Shown here: in pieces, positions 1 to 8,253 of the stretch
Numbering within the stretch: position 1 is the first letter of the stretch
Layout of the letters: every line of letters begins with the position of its first letter
Origin: Telmatocola sphagniphila
GTDB lineage: Bacteria; Planctomycetota; Planctomycetia; Gemmatales; Gemmataceae
Assembly (NCBI RefSeq): GCF_018398935.1
Contig: NZ_CP074694.1
Span: 1,260,001 to 1,292,000 of the forward strand
Length of the DNA stretch: 32,000 nt
Direction of reading: 5' to 3'
The notes under the pieces: model-generated
Told to the model about the DNA's origin: nothing
Seen by the model: the letters and a program-made list of their open reading frames with translations, nothing else
Databases searched by the model: none
Made by a program: the position numbers and the translations under genes

Positions 1-189
1 TTGCGCATCCGAAGCACTGTCGTCGCAGAACGTTTTGCGGAACTCATACCGATTCCGGGAGGATCTGCAGAATATTATCCCCGCCTGATCATTACCACCG
101 ATGAATGGACTGCCTGGCCGACGATCTTTCTGCTCGCCGTCTGGTTATGGTGCGCCCGTGAAATGATTCGTTTTGGGAAGCCCCAGTAG
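1..189 (+). CDS. Possible 3' end of a CDS entering from the left edge; product unknown
   Basis: Frame +1 is open from base 1 to TAG at 187-189. The tail ...TAWPTIFLLAVWLWCAREMIRFGKPQ contains one hydrophobic helix. No motif recognised. It would overlap the 3' end of convergent trpC by 45 nt, so it may be non-coding. Confidence 0.25.
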   Translation: MRIRSTVVAERFAELIPIPGGSAEYYPRLIITTDEWTAWPTIFLLAVWLWCAREMIRFGKPQ

Positions 190-954
190 TTGGTCCAGAG
201 CTTCTCCGATATCGGGTGAACGCATGAGAGATTCTCCAACCAAGACGGCTTTCGCTCCCGCATTCTCCAGAAGTCGCAAGTCGGCAGAGGTGCGGATACC
301 GCTCTCACTGACTACCAGTCGATCGTGAGGGATCTTCGGAATCAAACTCAACGTCGTCTCCAGGCGAGTTTCAAAACTTCGAAGATCTCGGTTATTGATG
401 CCGATGAGCGGGCAACCGGTATCCACTACGCGATTCAGCTGGTCCACGTCGTGAAATTCGATGAGAGTATCCAATCCTTGTTGAGTCGCGAAGTCGTACA
501 AATCTTTCATTTGCGAGCCCGGAAGACATTCGGCGATCAGGAGCACCGCATCCGCCCCTGCAAATCGAGCTTCAAGAATCTGATAAGTATCGATGATGAA
601 TTCTTTTCTCAAAAGTGGAATTTTGACTTCCTTCCGGATCGCTTTCAGGTAGTCCAAGTCCCCTTGAAAGTACTCCTTATCCGTGAGGACGCTAATGCAA
701 TCGGCCCGATGCCGAGCGTAAATTTTCGCAATCTGGACAGGATCGAAATCTGCTCGAATCACTCCGGCCGAAGGGGAAGCTTTCTTAACTTCCGCGATTA
801 TCCGAATACCCGGCTCGCTGAGCGCCTTCAGGAACGATTTCGATCGGATTGGAGGTACGAGGTGGTCTTCCAGTACTTTCTGCGGCAGCAGAGACTTGGC
901 TCTTTCAATTTCAATTCGCTTCGTCTGAACGATCTGGTCGAGGATCGTACCCAT
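145..954 (-). CDS. trpC: Indole-3-glycerol phosphate synthase
   Basis: 269-aa ORF with ATG at 952-954. Motifs IIAEVKKASPSAG, CISVLTD, LLRKEFI, GINNRDL and VSESGI are typical of the TrpC TIM barrel. Confidence 0.93.
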   Translation of the reverse strand: MGTILDQIVQTKRIEIERAKSLLPQKVLEDHLVPPIRSKSFLKALSEPGIRIIAEVKKASPSAGVIRADFDPVQIAKIYARHRADCISVLTDKEYFQGDLDYLKAIRKEVKIPLLRKEFIIDTYQILEARFAGADAVLLIAECLPGSQMKDLYDFATQQGLDTLIEFHDVDQLNRVVDTGCPLIGINNRDLRSFETRLETTLSLIPKIPHDRLVVSESGIRTSADLRLLENAGAKAVLVGESLMRSPDIGEALDQLLGLPKTNHFTGAP

Positions 955-1083
955 ATTTGCACGTAGCCCAGTCCAAGGGATTCTCGTATTTTTTCAGAGC
1001 AGAGTATTTTAGAGAATGTTACCGAATTTCACGGGATTGAAATCCAGATCGCCGGTCTACCAGAGGCTCAAGGAGACAAAAAT

Positions 1084-2136
1084 TTGATTTTGTTCAGCGC
1101 GGCGCCTCCCGACGATGTGGCCGATATCAGTTCGTCCTGGTCTAGTATGCTCGCGCTGATGGTCTGTTACCTGATCGTGCTCCTGCTGGCTGCAATTCCA
1201 CTCATCTGGCGAGCAGTATTTCGACACGGACCGATACCAACTCAATCCGACATTCATCTAGTTCAACAAAGAATGCTGCCTGGCGGCGTAATTACACTGC
1301 TGGCGATGGCTTTGATTCTTATCCCGATATTAACTGCTCAATTGGTGGGGGGATTCCAAAAAAATCCCTCCACAGGGGATCCCGCCGAGATTTCTAATCG
1401 AGAGACTTTGGCGATGCTTGTGGCGTTTCCCTTGCAGTTTTTCTGCCTGGCTGCGTTTCAGATGTTTTTCAGCATCTGGAGCGCTCAGGCCGTGGGAATG
1501 ACTCGTGGTTCTTATCAGCGCGCTTTCTGGATCTGGTTAGTGGTCACACCCGTGGTTTTTATAATATTTCAAATTACATTAAGCTTTTTTTCGGATGCGG
1601 ATGTTCACCCGATTGCGAAAAAACTTTCTCAACTGGACGTTCTGGGGAAGATTGTCCTCTCCCTGCAACCGGTGCTTTTCGCTCCACTGATGGAGGAGTG
1701 GTTCTTTCGGGGAATTCTTTTGAAATGGCAGCTGCAGCAGGATAGTTCAAACTCAAACGCAGAAACCATACCTTATGCGGTGGAGATAATCTTTCTGATT
1801 GCTTTCGTATTTGGGGCTCTCTGTGATCAGAAGGCCGGAATGGTGGGGATGATTGCCGGTGTTTATATCGTAATGCAACTCCTGAGTCGCTCCAGCTGGT
1901 TTGTTCGAAAGTGCAAACTTTTGAATTCCGGATGGGTGAAGATCATCTTCGCGAATTCGATTCTCTTCGCGGCCATTCATGCGACGGTGTGGCCAACGCC
2001 GATTCCGCTCTTCTTCTTATCTCTCGCTCTGGGTTGGGCGGCACTTCGTTGCCAGGGTTTCTGGGTCGCGTTTCTGATCCATGCCCTGTTTAATTCGGTT
2101 TCTACCGTGATGCTCTTTTTTTCTAAGCTTTATTGA
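1084..2136 (+). CDS. CPBP-family (CAAX/Abi-type) intramembrane glutamic endopeptidase
   Basis: 350 aa with many hydrophobic segments. Carries the three CPBP motifs: EEWFFRG (EExxxR), FAAIHA (FxxxH) and HALFN (HxxxN). AGGAG at 1071-1075 lies 8 nt upstream of the TTG start at 1084. Confidence 0.8.
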   Translation: MILFSAAPPDDVADISSSWSSMLALMVCYLIVLLLAAIPLIWRAVFRHGPIPTQSDIHLVQQRMLPGGVITLLAMALILIPILTAQLVGGFQKNPSTGDPAEISNRETLAMLVAFPLQFFCLAAFQMFFSIWSAQAVGMTRGSYQRAFWIWLVVTPVVFIIFQITLSFFSDADVHPIAKKLSQLDVLGKIVLSLQPVLFAPLMEEWFFRGILLKWQLQQDSSNSNAETIPYAVEIIFLIAFVFGALCDQKAGMVGMIAGVYIVMQLLSRSSWFVRKCKLLNSGWVKIIFANSILFAAIHATVWPTPIPLFFLSLALGWAALRCQGFWVAFLIHALFNSVSTVMLFFSKLY

Positions 2137-3569
2137 GCCAGCCACTTCGACATCAGGAATTGGTAGGTATTTGACCAGTTCTCCAGATAATCCTCAACCG
2201 GTTCGAGTTCAGAGTGAGATAAGATAGGTCGAGGCGTACCTAGTGTCAGATTCTCGTCGATCAGTTCGTTATTAGCGAGTTCAACTCTGTAACTCAAGAG
2301 GAGAATATCGCAGTTGATTTCTTTCCGCAGATTCAGGATTTTTTCGTTGAGAAGATTTGGAGCTACCTCCTCAAGCTGAACGGCCCCTCGCTGAATTCCA
2401 TCCCGCTGCAAAATTTGGAGCAGCTCTCTTTCGGGCTGGAGTTCCAGGGGTTCTTCAGAGCGAAGAAAAAGCAGGTGAAAGTGCAGGGCATCCTGGGCCA
2501 ATCTCTCAGTCAGTTTCTGGAGGATTGCATCCACAAGGGCCAGCGCGAGGATCAACCTCTGAACGGGAGCGCCGTCATCTTTCAAGCGGGCATTTTTCAA
2601 ATCTTCCGCAAATACAAAGATGAACTTCCGCCTTTGGCGCAGAAAAATGTTCTCATCCCGGGAATAGTAAAACAGTTCCTCGCGAAGGAATTTCAAATCG
2701 AAGGTGTCGGGCTTTTCGGATCGATCGGGGGACATGTAAGCCAGCTGAGAATGCAACAGGCTTTCAAATGTTCCCTTATTGGAGATGGAACTATAGCCGC
2801 CGATGGGATACTGGTCTTCATTACGAATATTGGACGACACTCGTCGAGTTCGCGTTGCCAGGGGAGGCGATTTTATTTCCATTTGCTGAAAAAAGAGGCT
2901 GTTCTCGACAATCTGGCGATGGGCCAGATACTTGGCCAGAGGCATGAGAGCCGTCTTTTGTTCCAGTGCCTGCAAATCGGCCGAGTTCAAGAAGGAATCG
3001 CAGCTTCGGAAGATCTCCAAGGTTTTATCAAAGAGGAGCTTCGAAACGTCCGATGGCTCTCCGGGCAGTTGCTCCGGCTCTCCAATTTCGGGGAGAGCAA
3101 CTTCGTATTGATCGAGTAAACCGCGAATGATCCCGGCAGAGATATTGACTGCAGGCAGATTTAATCTCTCCTGAATGCGGTGCAGCAGGAAGGCCGCGGC
3201 GGCCGGTATTTTGTCCTCCGGTTGCCCGAAAATCGCTTCGGATGCCCGCTCCAGCAGAGGATCCATCAGAAATTTTCCGATAATCCGATCTTCATAGATA
3301 CGGATCCGGGCTGAAGGTTGAGGCTGTCCGCGCTTGGACAGAAACGCTTGGCTGTCATTATTTTGGAGTAGCTGGAAGAAATCGAAAATCAGGCTGGGTA
3401 GGGGGACTGGGCGATTCTCGCAAACTAGTTCGTAAATAACTTTGATGCCCTCAAGAAAAGCAGTTTTTGAGTCACGGCTGATGCAAATTTGGAAGTTCTC
3501 CAGGATCAAATTGGCAACTTCTGAGGTGTCGCGAAATGCCTGATCTAATCGATTTTCCCTAATTTCCAT
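2130..3569 (-). CDS. Hypothetical protein (about 479-492 aa), no recognisable motif
   Basis: Long uninterrupted minus-strand ORF with a soluble-looking, Leu/Glu-rich sequence. ATG at 3567-3569 is preceded by a GGGAAAG purine tract. The ORF-track start is an upstream TTG at 3608 with no SD. The 3' end overlaps the convergent CPBP gene by 7 nt. Confidence 0.6.
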   Translation of the reverse strand: MEIRENRLDQAFRDTSEVANLILENFQICISRDSKTAFLEGIKVIYELVCENRPVPLPSLIFDFFQLLQNNDSQAFLSKRGQPQPSARIRIYEDRIIGKFLMDPLLERASEAIFGQPEDKIPAAAAFLLHRIQERLNLPAVNISAGIIRGLLDQYEVALPEIGEPEQLPGEPSDVSKLLFDKTLEIFRSCDSFLNSADLQALEQKTALMPLAKYLAHRQIVENSLFFQQMEIKSPPLATRTRRVSSNIRNEDQYPIGGYSSISNKGTFESLLHSQLAYMSPDRSEKPDTFDLKFLREELFYYSRDENIFLRQRRKFIFVFAEDLKNARLKDDGAPVQRLILALALVDAILQKLTERLAQDALHFHLLFLRSEEPLELQPERELLQILQRDGIQRGAVQLEEVAPNLLNEKILNLRKEINCDILLLSYRVELANNELIDENLTLGTPRPILSHSELEPVEDYLENWSNTYQFLMSKWLAQ

Positions 3570-3730
3570 CTTTCCCGTTATTTCCCGTACAATCGTTACG
3601 CTCAGCAAGAACCGAATAGGCGTTAAATCTTCTCAAGTTTGGTAATTATACGTCCGATAACCTCTCTGGGTGCGATTACCGGCGTAGAGGCGGAAAGTCC
3701 CTGCAATGGTGAACGGGGGAGATTGCAGCT

Positions 3731-4603
3731 ATGAAATTTTACTTGAGCATAGTGGGCCTGGGGTTGCTGAGCATTGGTTCGATAAAGGCTCAAACTCCTG
3801 CAACGATACCGAATGCTTTGCCGACAGATGGAACTATTACCCAGCCTCTAGCGACTCAGCCTCCCGCTACGCAGCCGCTTGTACCGCCACCGGCGAGTTC
3901 GCCTGCCTTGTCGATTTCCAAACCATCCTCAGTCGAGAATTGGCAAGGGAACCTGGAAAATCATCCGGCTTATACCGATCCTTTCAATCGCACGTTAATC
4001 GGAACGGAACTCTACTTCCGTGCGGGCCCCAGCTTTATTCTGGGCGGCGGCATTCTGCGTTCCCAATTGAATACTACCGGAGCTTCAGTTGAAGGGGGCG
4101 GGCGATCGCTGTTCTTCAATTCCGATGGATCTTCAGCGTGGGTCGTCGATCTCGGTTTGAGCTATAGCTATAACCGCGGTCAACTAAACCCCAATAATGT
4201 GATTACTGTGATCGGAGATACCGGCTACATTCGAGCTTTGGACCGAACCGCTGCTCAAATAGCCCTCGGCAAAGAATGGTATCCCGTCGGTAGTGCCGAT
4301 GTGACTGCACACAAGTCTTCCTTCTGGAAATATGGAGTTGATGCAGGACTGCGTTGGGGCACCGGTCATATCGACTACACCAGTGTTCCGATGATTGCCA
4401 CACCACTCATCCGTCACCAGGATGTGTTTGGGGGCACTTTTATCGGAGCCAACGCGGATCTGGAAGTACCTCTGGGCGGAACTTGGAGTTATCTGTTCGG
4501 ATTCCGAGTGGAAGTGGGTTACACATTTAGCAGTCTGGTACCAGGCTACAACAGCAGCCTGTACGATATCGGATTACTCTTTGAAACTGGCCTACGGTTC
4601 TAA
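3731..4603 (+). CDS. Secreted protein, probable outer-membrane beta-barrel
   Basis: Signal peptide MKFYLSIVGLGLLSIGSIKA/QT, then a Pro/Thr/Gln-rich linker (TQPLATQPPATQPLVPPPASSPA). The rest is Gly/aromatic-rich with an alternating pattern and ends ...FETGLRF, a terminal aromatic like a BAM beta-signal. GGGGGAG SD lies 9 nt upstream. Confidence 0.65.
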   Translation: MKFYLSIVGLGLLSIGSIKAQTPATIPNALPTDGTITQPLATQPPATQPLVPPPASSPALSISKPSSVENWQGNLENHPAYTDPFNRTLIGTELYFRAGPSFILGGGILRSQLNTTGASVEGGGRSLFFNSDGSSAWVVDLGLSYSYNRGQLNPNNVITVIGDTGYIRALDRTAAQIALGKEWYPVGSADVTAHKSSFWKYGVDAGLRWGTGHIDYTSVPMIATPLIRHQDVFGGTFIGANADLEVPLGGTWSYLFGFRVEVGYTFSSLVPGYNSSLYDIGLLFETGLRF

Positions 4604-4642
4604 ATTCGTAACGCGAAGCGGCTGAATTTGGACGCGTTCATT

Positions 4643-5806
4643 TCAAGCCGCGTTCTTGATGATGGTCTCGGGAATACGATTCTCCCGTAAAGTGCCAATA
4701 ATGCAATTTGCCGCTCGATCGCAGGCCCCTGATTGAGCTATTTCTGATTTTAAAGCCGCCAATTGAGTGGTGACCGAGTTTTCCGATGAGGGTTTAGTCA
4801 GCCAATCGGTAACGATACTGCTGATTTCAATGGCTGCGTTGTGATCGGTAAGAAATTCCGGGAAGATTTCCTTTCGAGCCAGCAGATTCACCAGAGTGAT
4901 ATACTTCACCTTCATGAAAGCTTTGCCGACTCGGAGGGCGATGCGACTGAGCCTGTAAACGACCACGGCCGGCTTGAGATGATACATGACTTCGAGGCTG
5001 ACGGAACCGGAAACCATTATGCAGCATTCAGCGGATTCGATGATTTCGGAGGTTCTACCAACCTGAACGTCGATAGGCAGGTCGCGTCCGATAATTTTCT
5101 TTCGCGCGACCTCGGCTTGGGTATCGTTGTAGGAAGCAACCAAAAATCTCGTATTGGGCACTTCGCGATAAACGCGACAGGCCGCATCCAAGATATCAGA
5201 GAAGTTGCGAGTGACTTCCTGCGTGCGTGATCCCGGCAGGATCGCAACAATGCGACCCGGTCGCTCCTTCTGTCGAGAAAGGAAATCCTGATCCAGAATT
5301 TTCTGCTCGAGGTTGTCGTAGAAAGGGTGACCGATAAATTCACTGCGAACGCCATTTTGCAAGTACCACTCGTGTTCGAACGGCAGGGCACTCAAAACGC
5401 AGTCGACACTATCTTTCATTTTCTGCACACGCCAGGCTCCCCAGGCCCACAACTGCGGAGGGACGAAGTAGAAGACGGGAATACCCTCTCGTTTGGCTCG
5501 GTACGCTAGGTGCCAGTGAAAGCCGGGGAAGTCGATCAGGATGACCGCATCCGGCTTTTCGCGTTGGAAGAATTCGGTCGCTTGACTGCGAAGTCTCAAA
5601 AAAGTGATGATGTTCAGGAAGACCCGTAGGAACCACATCACCGATAGATTGCACAATGGGTAGAGAAGGTGGCAGCCGACGGAACGCATTTGGTCTCCGC
5701 CGAAGCCTGAGAATCGGGCTGTGGGATCTTTTTGCCGAAGTGCTTTGATGAGATTGTGGCCATGAATATCGCCACTCGGTTCGCCCGCGCTCACAAAGTA
5801 ATGCAT
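4643..5806 (-). CDS. lpxB: Lipid-A-disaccharide synthase
   Basis: 387 aa. The N-terminal VSAGEPSGDIHGHNLIKAL and overall GT19-like sequence are characteristic of LpxB. ATG at 5804-5806. Confidence 0.9.
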   Translation of the reverse strand: MHYFVSAGEPSGDIHGHNLIKALRQKDPTARFSGFGGDQMRSVGCHLLYPLCNLSVMWFLRVFLNIITFLRLRSQATEFFQREKPDAVILIDFPGFHWHLAYRAKREGIPVFYFVPPQLWAWGAWRVQKMKDSVDCVLSALPFEHEWYLQNGVRSEFIGHPFYDNLEQKILDQDFLSRQKERPGRIVAILPGSRTQEVTRNFSDILDAACRVYREVPNTRFLVASYNDTQAEVARKKIIGRDLPIDVQVGRTSEIIESAECCIMVSGSVSLEVMYHLKPAVVVYRLSRIALRVGKAFMKVKYITLVNLLARKEIFPEFLTDHNAAIEISSIVTDWLTKPSSENSVTTQLAALKSEIAQSGACDRAANCIIGTLRENRIPETIIKNAA

Positions 5807-5846
5807 AGAACAACCATCCTGGTTATCGGGAAAAATCGATCCATCG

Positions 5847-5852
5847 ATTATA
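5847..5852 (-). promoter_or_regulatory. Candidate -10 box (perfect TATAAT on the minus strand) upstream of lpxB
   Basis: Plus-strand ATTATA at 5847-5852 reads TATAAT on the minus strand, 41 nt upstream of the lpxB ATG. No convincing -35 at 16-18 nt. It overlaps the palindrome AATCGATccATCGATT at 5834-5849. Confidence 0.25.
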
Positions 5853-5906
5853 GCAATACGCTTCCACGTACTGCTATCCGAATCTTAGACTGAAGACATA
5901 AGAGAA

Positions 5907-6251
5907 TTAGAGAGCTTTGTTGATCGGTTCCCGGCGGCCAGTCGGAAGATCGGTCTCTTCAGCAACCCGTCGGTATCCCAGAGAATAAAGCACTTCGAGC
6001 ACTTCGCTCCAGGTGGGGAAAGGACGGCGATTTTCGCGCTTGTAGCGTTCCATCGCCTTCATGAAAACTGTTTCTTCGTCAGTGTAGTCGCGTTCGCAAG
6101 TCGTCGGGTCGATCAGACGTCGGCGTTCGCTCGTGCGGCGTTTTTCCGCTGCATTGGCTGCCCTTCGTTTATCGACTGCCACAGGAATATTTCGCTTGCG
6201 ACGATCAGACATACCAACGGTGGGATCAGCATCTTCGGAAATTCCGCTCAT
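5907..6251 (-). CDS. Small Arg/Lys-rich hypothetical protein (114 aa from ATG 6251; 122 aa from the track start 6275)
   Basis: The ORF has a basic centre (DRRKRNIPVAVDKRRAANAAEKRRTSERRR) and an ordered-looking C-terminus (RPFPTWSEVLEVLYSLGYRRV). No family recognised with certainty. Confidence 0.5.
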   Translation of the reverse strand: MSGISEDADPTVGMSDRRKRNIPVAVDKRRAANAAEKRRTSERRRLIDPTTCERDYTDEETVFMKAMERYKRENRRPFPTWSEVLEVLYSLGYRRVAEETDLPTGRREPINKAL

Positions 6252-6617
6252 AATACACTCTCGATGAGGAACCAATGGAGGACCTGTTGATGATCGTAAG
6301 TGATGGGATCATCTTTATTTGTAATAATTACAGCGTAACCTGATTGCCATTCCAGTCAAGTTCAGACTGAGTTTCTTGAAGGAAAACAAGAAATTTCCCG
6401 AGACTCTTTACCGGTTAATGGGAACTTTTCAGGTTAGAGCGGAAAAATGGTTTTCACTCACCTTTCTGCACTACATCCTACGCTTCAATGACCTGTAGGA
6501 GAAACGGAGACGCACTTAAAAATCCGAATAATCCGAGTTTAAGAGATAAAACCACTACGCCCGGGGTATTTTGACAAACGATAAAAGGCACTGAATCGGA
6601 AAGAATATACCCTCTAG

Positions 6618-7253
6618 ATGGCTATGCACGAATACCTGTCACTTAATTTGATCAATGTTTTTACGTTCTACCTGTGGGCGGCATTTTTCCTCAGTATGTG
6701 CCGACGGCTAAGCCAGTACCGCGATTTCGCACAATTGGCCGTGAACATGCCGAATCGCTGGCCTAAGGTACTTCGAAACATGCAAAAGCATGGCGTTCTT
6801 TTCATGACTTGGGCGACGATACGTCCGGCCGGCGTTGCCCTGGTTCTGATTTGTCTCCAGATGATTTGTTCCAAGGTGATTTGGCCCCGAGCAATAATTA
6901 ATGGCCACGATCTGCTGAGCGAGTGGTGGGTGCTTCCGATTTTGGGGCTATGTGCGCTGCTGATGGTTTCTGTCGATGGTTATGGGATTTTTCGAGTTGG
7001 CAAGATTGATCGTAAAGAGACAGAGAAATATCTCGATGAAGCCGAGCATTGGCTCTCGTCCTGGAAAGCTCCGCTGATTCAGACTGTGACTTTTGGATAC
7101 ATCAATCCCCGGGTGATGGTCGACACGGAGGTCCGCAAGGCTATGGAGCAGGGCAATACGCTCCTGCAAAGCACATTCTGGTGGATGTCCTTGCAATCGG
7201 GAGTGCGCTTGCTCTTTGGCATCTGTCTTTGGACGTGCTGGGCCATGCTGTAA
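6618..7253 (+). CDS. Hypothetical integral membrane protein (about 4-5 TM segments)
   Basis: 211-aa ORF with an ATG start and hydrophobic stretches (VFTFYLWAAFFLSM, PAGVALVLICLQMI, WWVLPILGLCALLMVSV, VRLLFGICLWTCWAML). No catalytic motif. Confidence 0.55.
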   Translation: MAMHEYLSLNLINVFTFYLWAAFFLSMCRRLSQYRDFAQLAVNMPNRWPKVLRNMQKHGVLFMTWATIRPAGVALVLICLQMICSKVIWPRAIINGHDLLSEWWVLPILGLCALLMVSVDGYGIFRVGKIDRKETEKYLDEAEHWLSSWKAPLIQTVTFGYINPRVMVDTEVRKAMEQGNTLLQSTFWWMSLQSGVRLLFGICLWTCWAML

Positions 7254-7418
7254 TCGACAGGGTTTTTCATTGGAACGCCATGAAGATCCCATGTGACAAT
7301 TTGGAAAATTACAAAACTGGGATATTCTCATAGGAACCGGTTGTGACGAAACCTGTTCAGCCGATATTCTGATCGATGGTCGATAAACGAAGGATTTGAT
7401 TCTTTTATTCTTCCTAGA

Positions 7419-8099
7419 GTGAGCTCTTTTTTGTCTCAGCAGCCGACTACGGCCGTACAGGATTATCTGAAAGCGATTCACAGGCTTGGTGGAACGGACC
7501 AGCTGGTATCGCCGATAGATATCGCAAACTTATTGAAGGTTCGCTCCCCTTCCGTAACGGGTATGCTCAAGAGGCTCGCGGATTCCAAATGGATCGAGTA
7601 TGCCCCGGGTAGTGGGGCTCGATTGACGGAAACGGGGCTCCAGGAGGCCTTAAGGGTCATTCGTCGGCACCGCCTAGTCGAGTTATTCCTTACAAAAGTC
7701 CTGGGCCTCGATTGGAGCGAAGTAGATCGCGAGGCGGAATTGTTGGAACATGTGATTTCTCCTCGCTTGGAAGAAGCGTTAGCCCGTTATCTCGGAGAAC
7801 CGGACGAGGATCCGCACGGTCACCCGATTCCGACCTCCTCGGGTCAGATTCGAAATCGGGAACTTCGACGTTTATGCGACTTCCAAAAAGGCGAGAATGT
7901 GATTGTCAGGGAAGTTCAGGATGATAATCCGGATCGGCTCAGAAGATGGCAAGAATTAGGGCTTATTCCGGGCGCCAAAGTTCACATTCAGAGTCATGAG
8001 CCCTTGGACGATCTTTTTGAGCTGGCTGTCGGCGGTCGGATTATTCGCGTAGGGAGCGAAGGGTTATCGGGCCTGCGTGGAGAATTTCTGGCCGAGTAG
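7419..8099 (+). CDS. DtxR/MntR-family metal-dependent transcriptional regulator with C-terminal FeoA/SH3-like domain
   Basis: 226 aa with GTG start. The wHTH region is VQDYLKAIHRL...SPSVTGMLKRLADSKWIEY. The dimerisation and metal-site helix is RRHRLVELFL...EAELLEHVIS...DPHGHPIP. The C-terminal FeoA-like segment is GENVIVREV...LGLIPGAKVHI. Confidence 0.88.
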   Translation: MSSFLSQQPTTAVQDYLKAIHRLGGTDQLVSPIDIANLLKVRSPSVTGMLKRLADSKWIEYAPGSGARLTETGLQEALRVIRRHRLVELFLTKVLGLDWSEVDREAELLEHVISPRLEEALARYLGEPDEDPHGHPIPTSSGQIRNRELRRLCDFQKGENVIVREVQDDNPDRLRRWQELGLIPGAKVHIQSHEPLDDLFELAVGGRIIRVGSEGLSGLRGEFLAE

Positions 8100-8253
8100 A
8101 AACTCGGGAAAAAATGCCCCTTTTCTTTGAATTTTCTCGCTTTCAATTCGCACGAATCAAATCTAGGTTTCGTTCGTAAGGACGAAAAGTCAGGCCGTCG
8201 AGGTGTCGGATAGCTTTTCGTCTCCCTAAGGCTCTAGTGACGGAGGGTTGCGT

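Noticed and set aside
325-966. 213-aa plus-strand ORF
   Set aside because: It lies entirely antisense to the well-supported trpC gene and has no motif. It is a typical shadow ORF.
2415-3119. 234-aa plus-strand ORF
   Set aside because: It is antisense to and nested within the longer 2130-3608 minus ORF. It is shorter, with no SD and no motif.
4610-4638. AACGCG-17 nt-CGCGTT hairpin between the convergent OMP and lpxB genes
   Set aside because: It has only 6 bp, a large loop and no clear T-tract on either strand. It could be a weak bidirectional terminator, but the evidence is insufficient.
6289-6313. Hairpin GATGATC-11 nt-GATCATC followed by TTTATTT
   Set aside because: The AT-rich 7-bp stem is weak, and no upstream plus-strand gene exists for it to terminate. 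It lies in the 5' leader region of the minus-strand small gene.
6275-6343. 22-codon ORF (MEDLLMIVSDGIIFICNNYSVT) with GAGGA upstream
   Set aside because: The SD spacing is only 4 nt. The ORF is very short and overlaps the 5' region of the divergent small gene, so it is probably chance.
6431-6440. AGGTTAGAGC, resembling half of an IdeR/DtxR iron box (TTAGGTTAGGCTAACCTAA)
   Set aside because: There is no matching second half-site, so it is not palindromic.
6571-6576. Perfect TTGACA -35 hexamer upstream of the 6618 membrane-protein gene
   Set aside because: No acceptable -10 lies at 16-18 nt (AATCGG). The nearest TA-rich hexamers are 24-27 nt away.
6948-7481. 177-aa minus-strand ORF
   Set aside because: It is antisense to the membrane-protein gene, spans the intergenic region and runs into the regulator gene. 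The composition is Arg/Ser-rich and looks like junk.
8106-8128. GGG-8 nt-CCC(C) hairpin followed by TTTTCTTT just after the regulator stop
   Set aside because: A stem of only 3-4 bp is too weak to call a terminator with any confidence.
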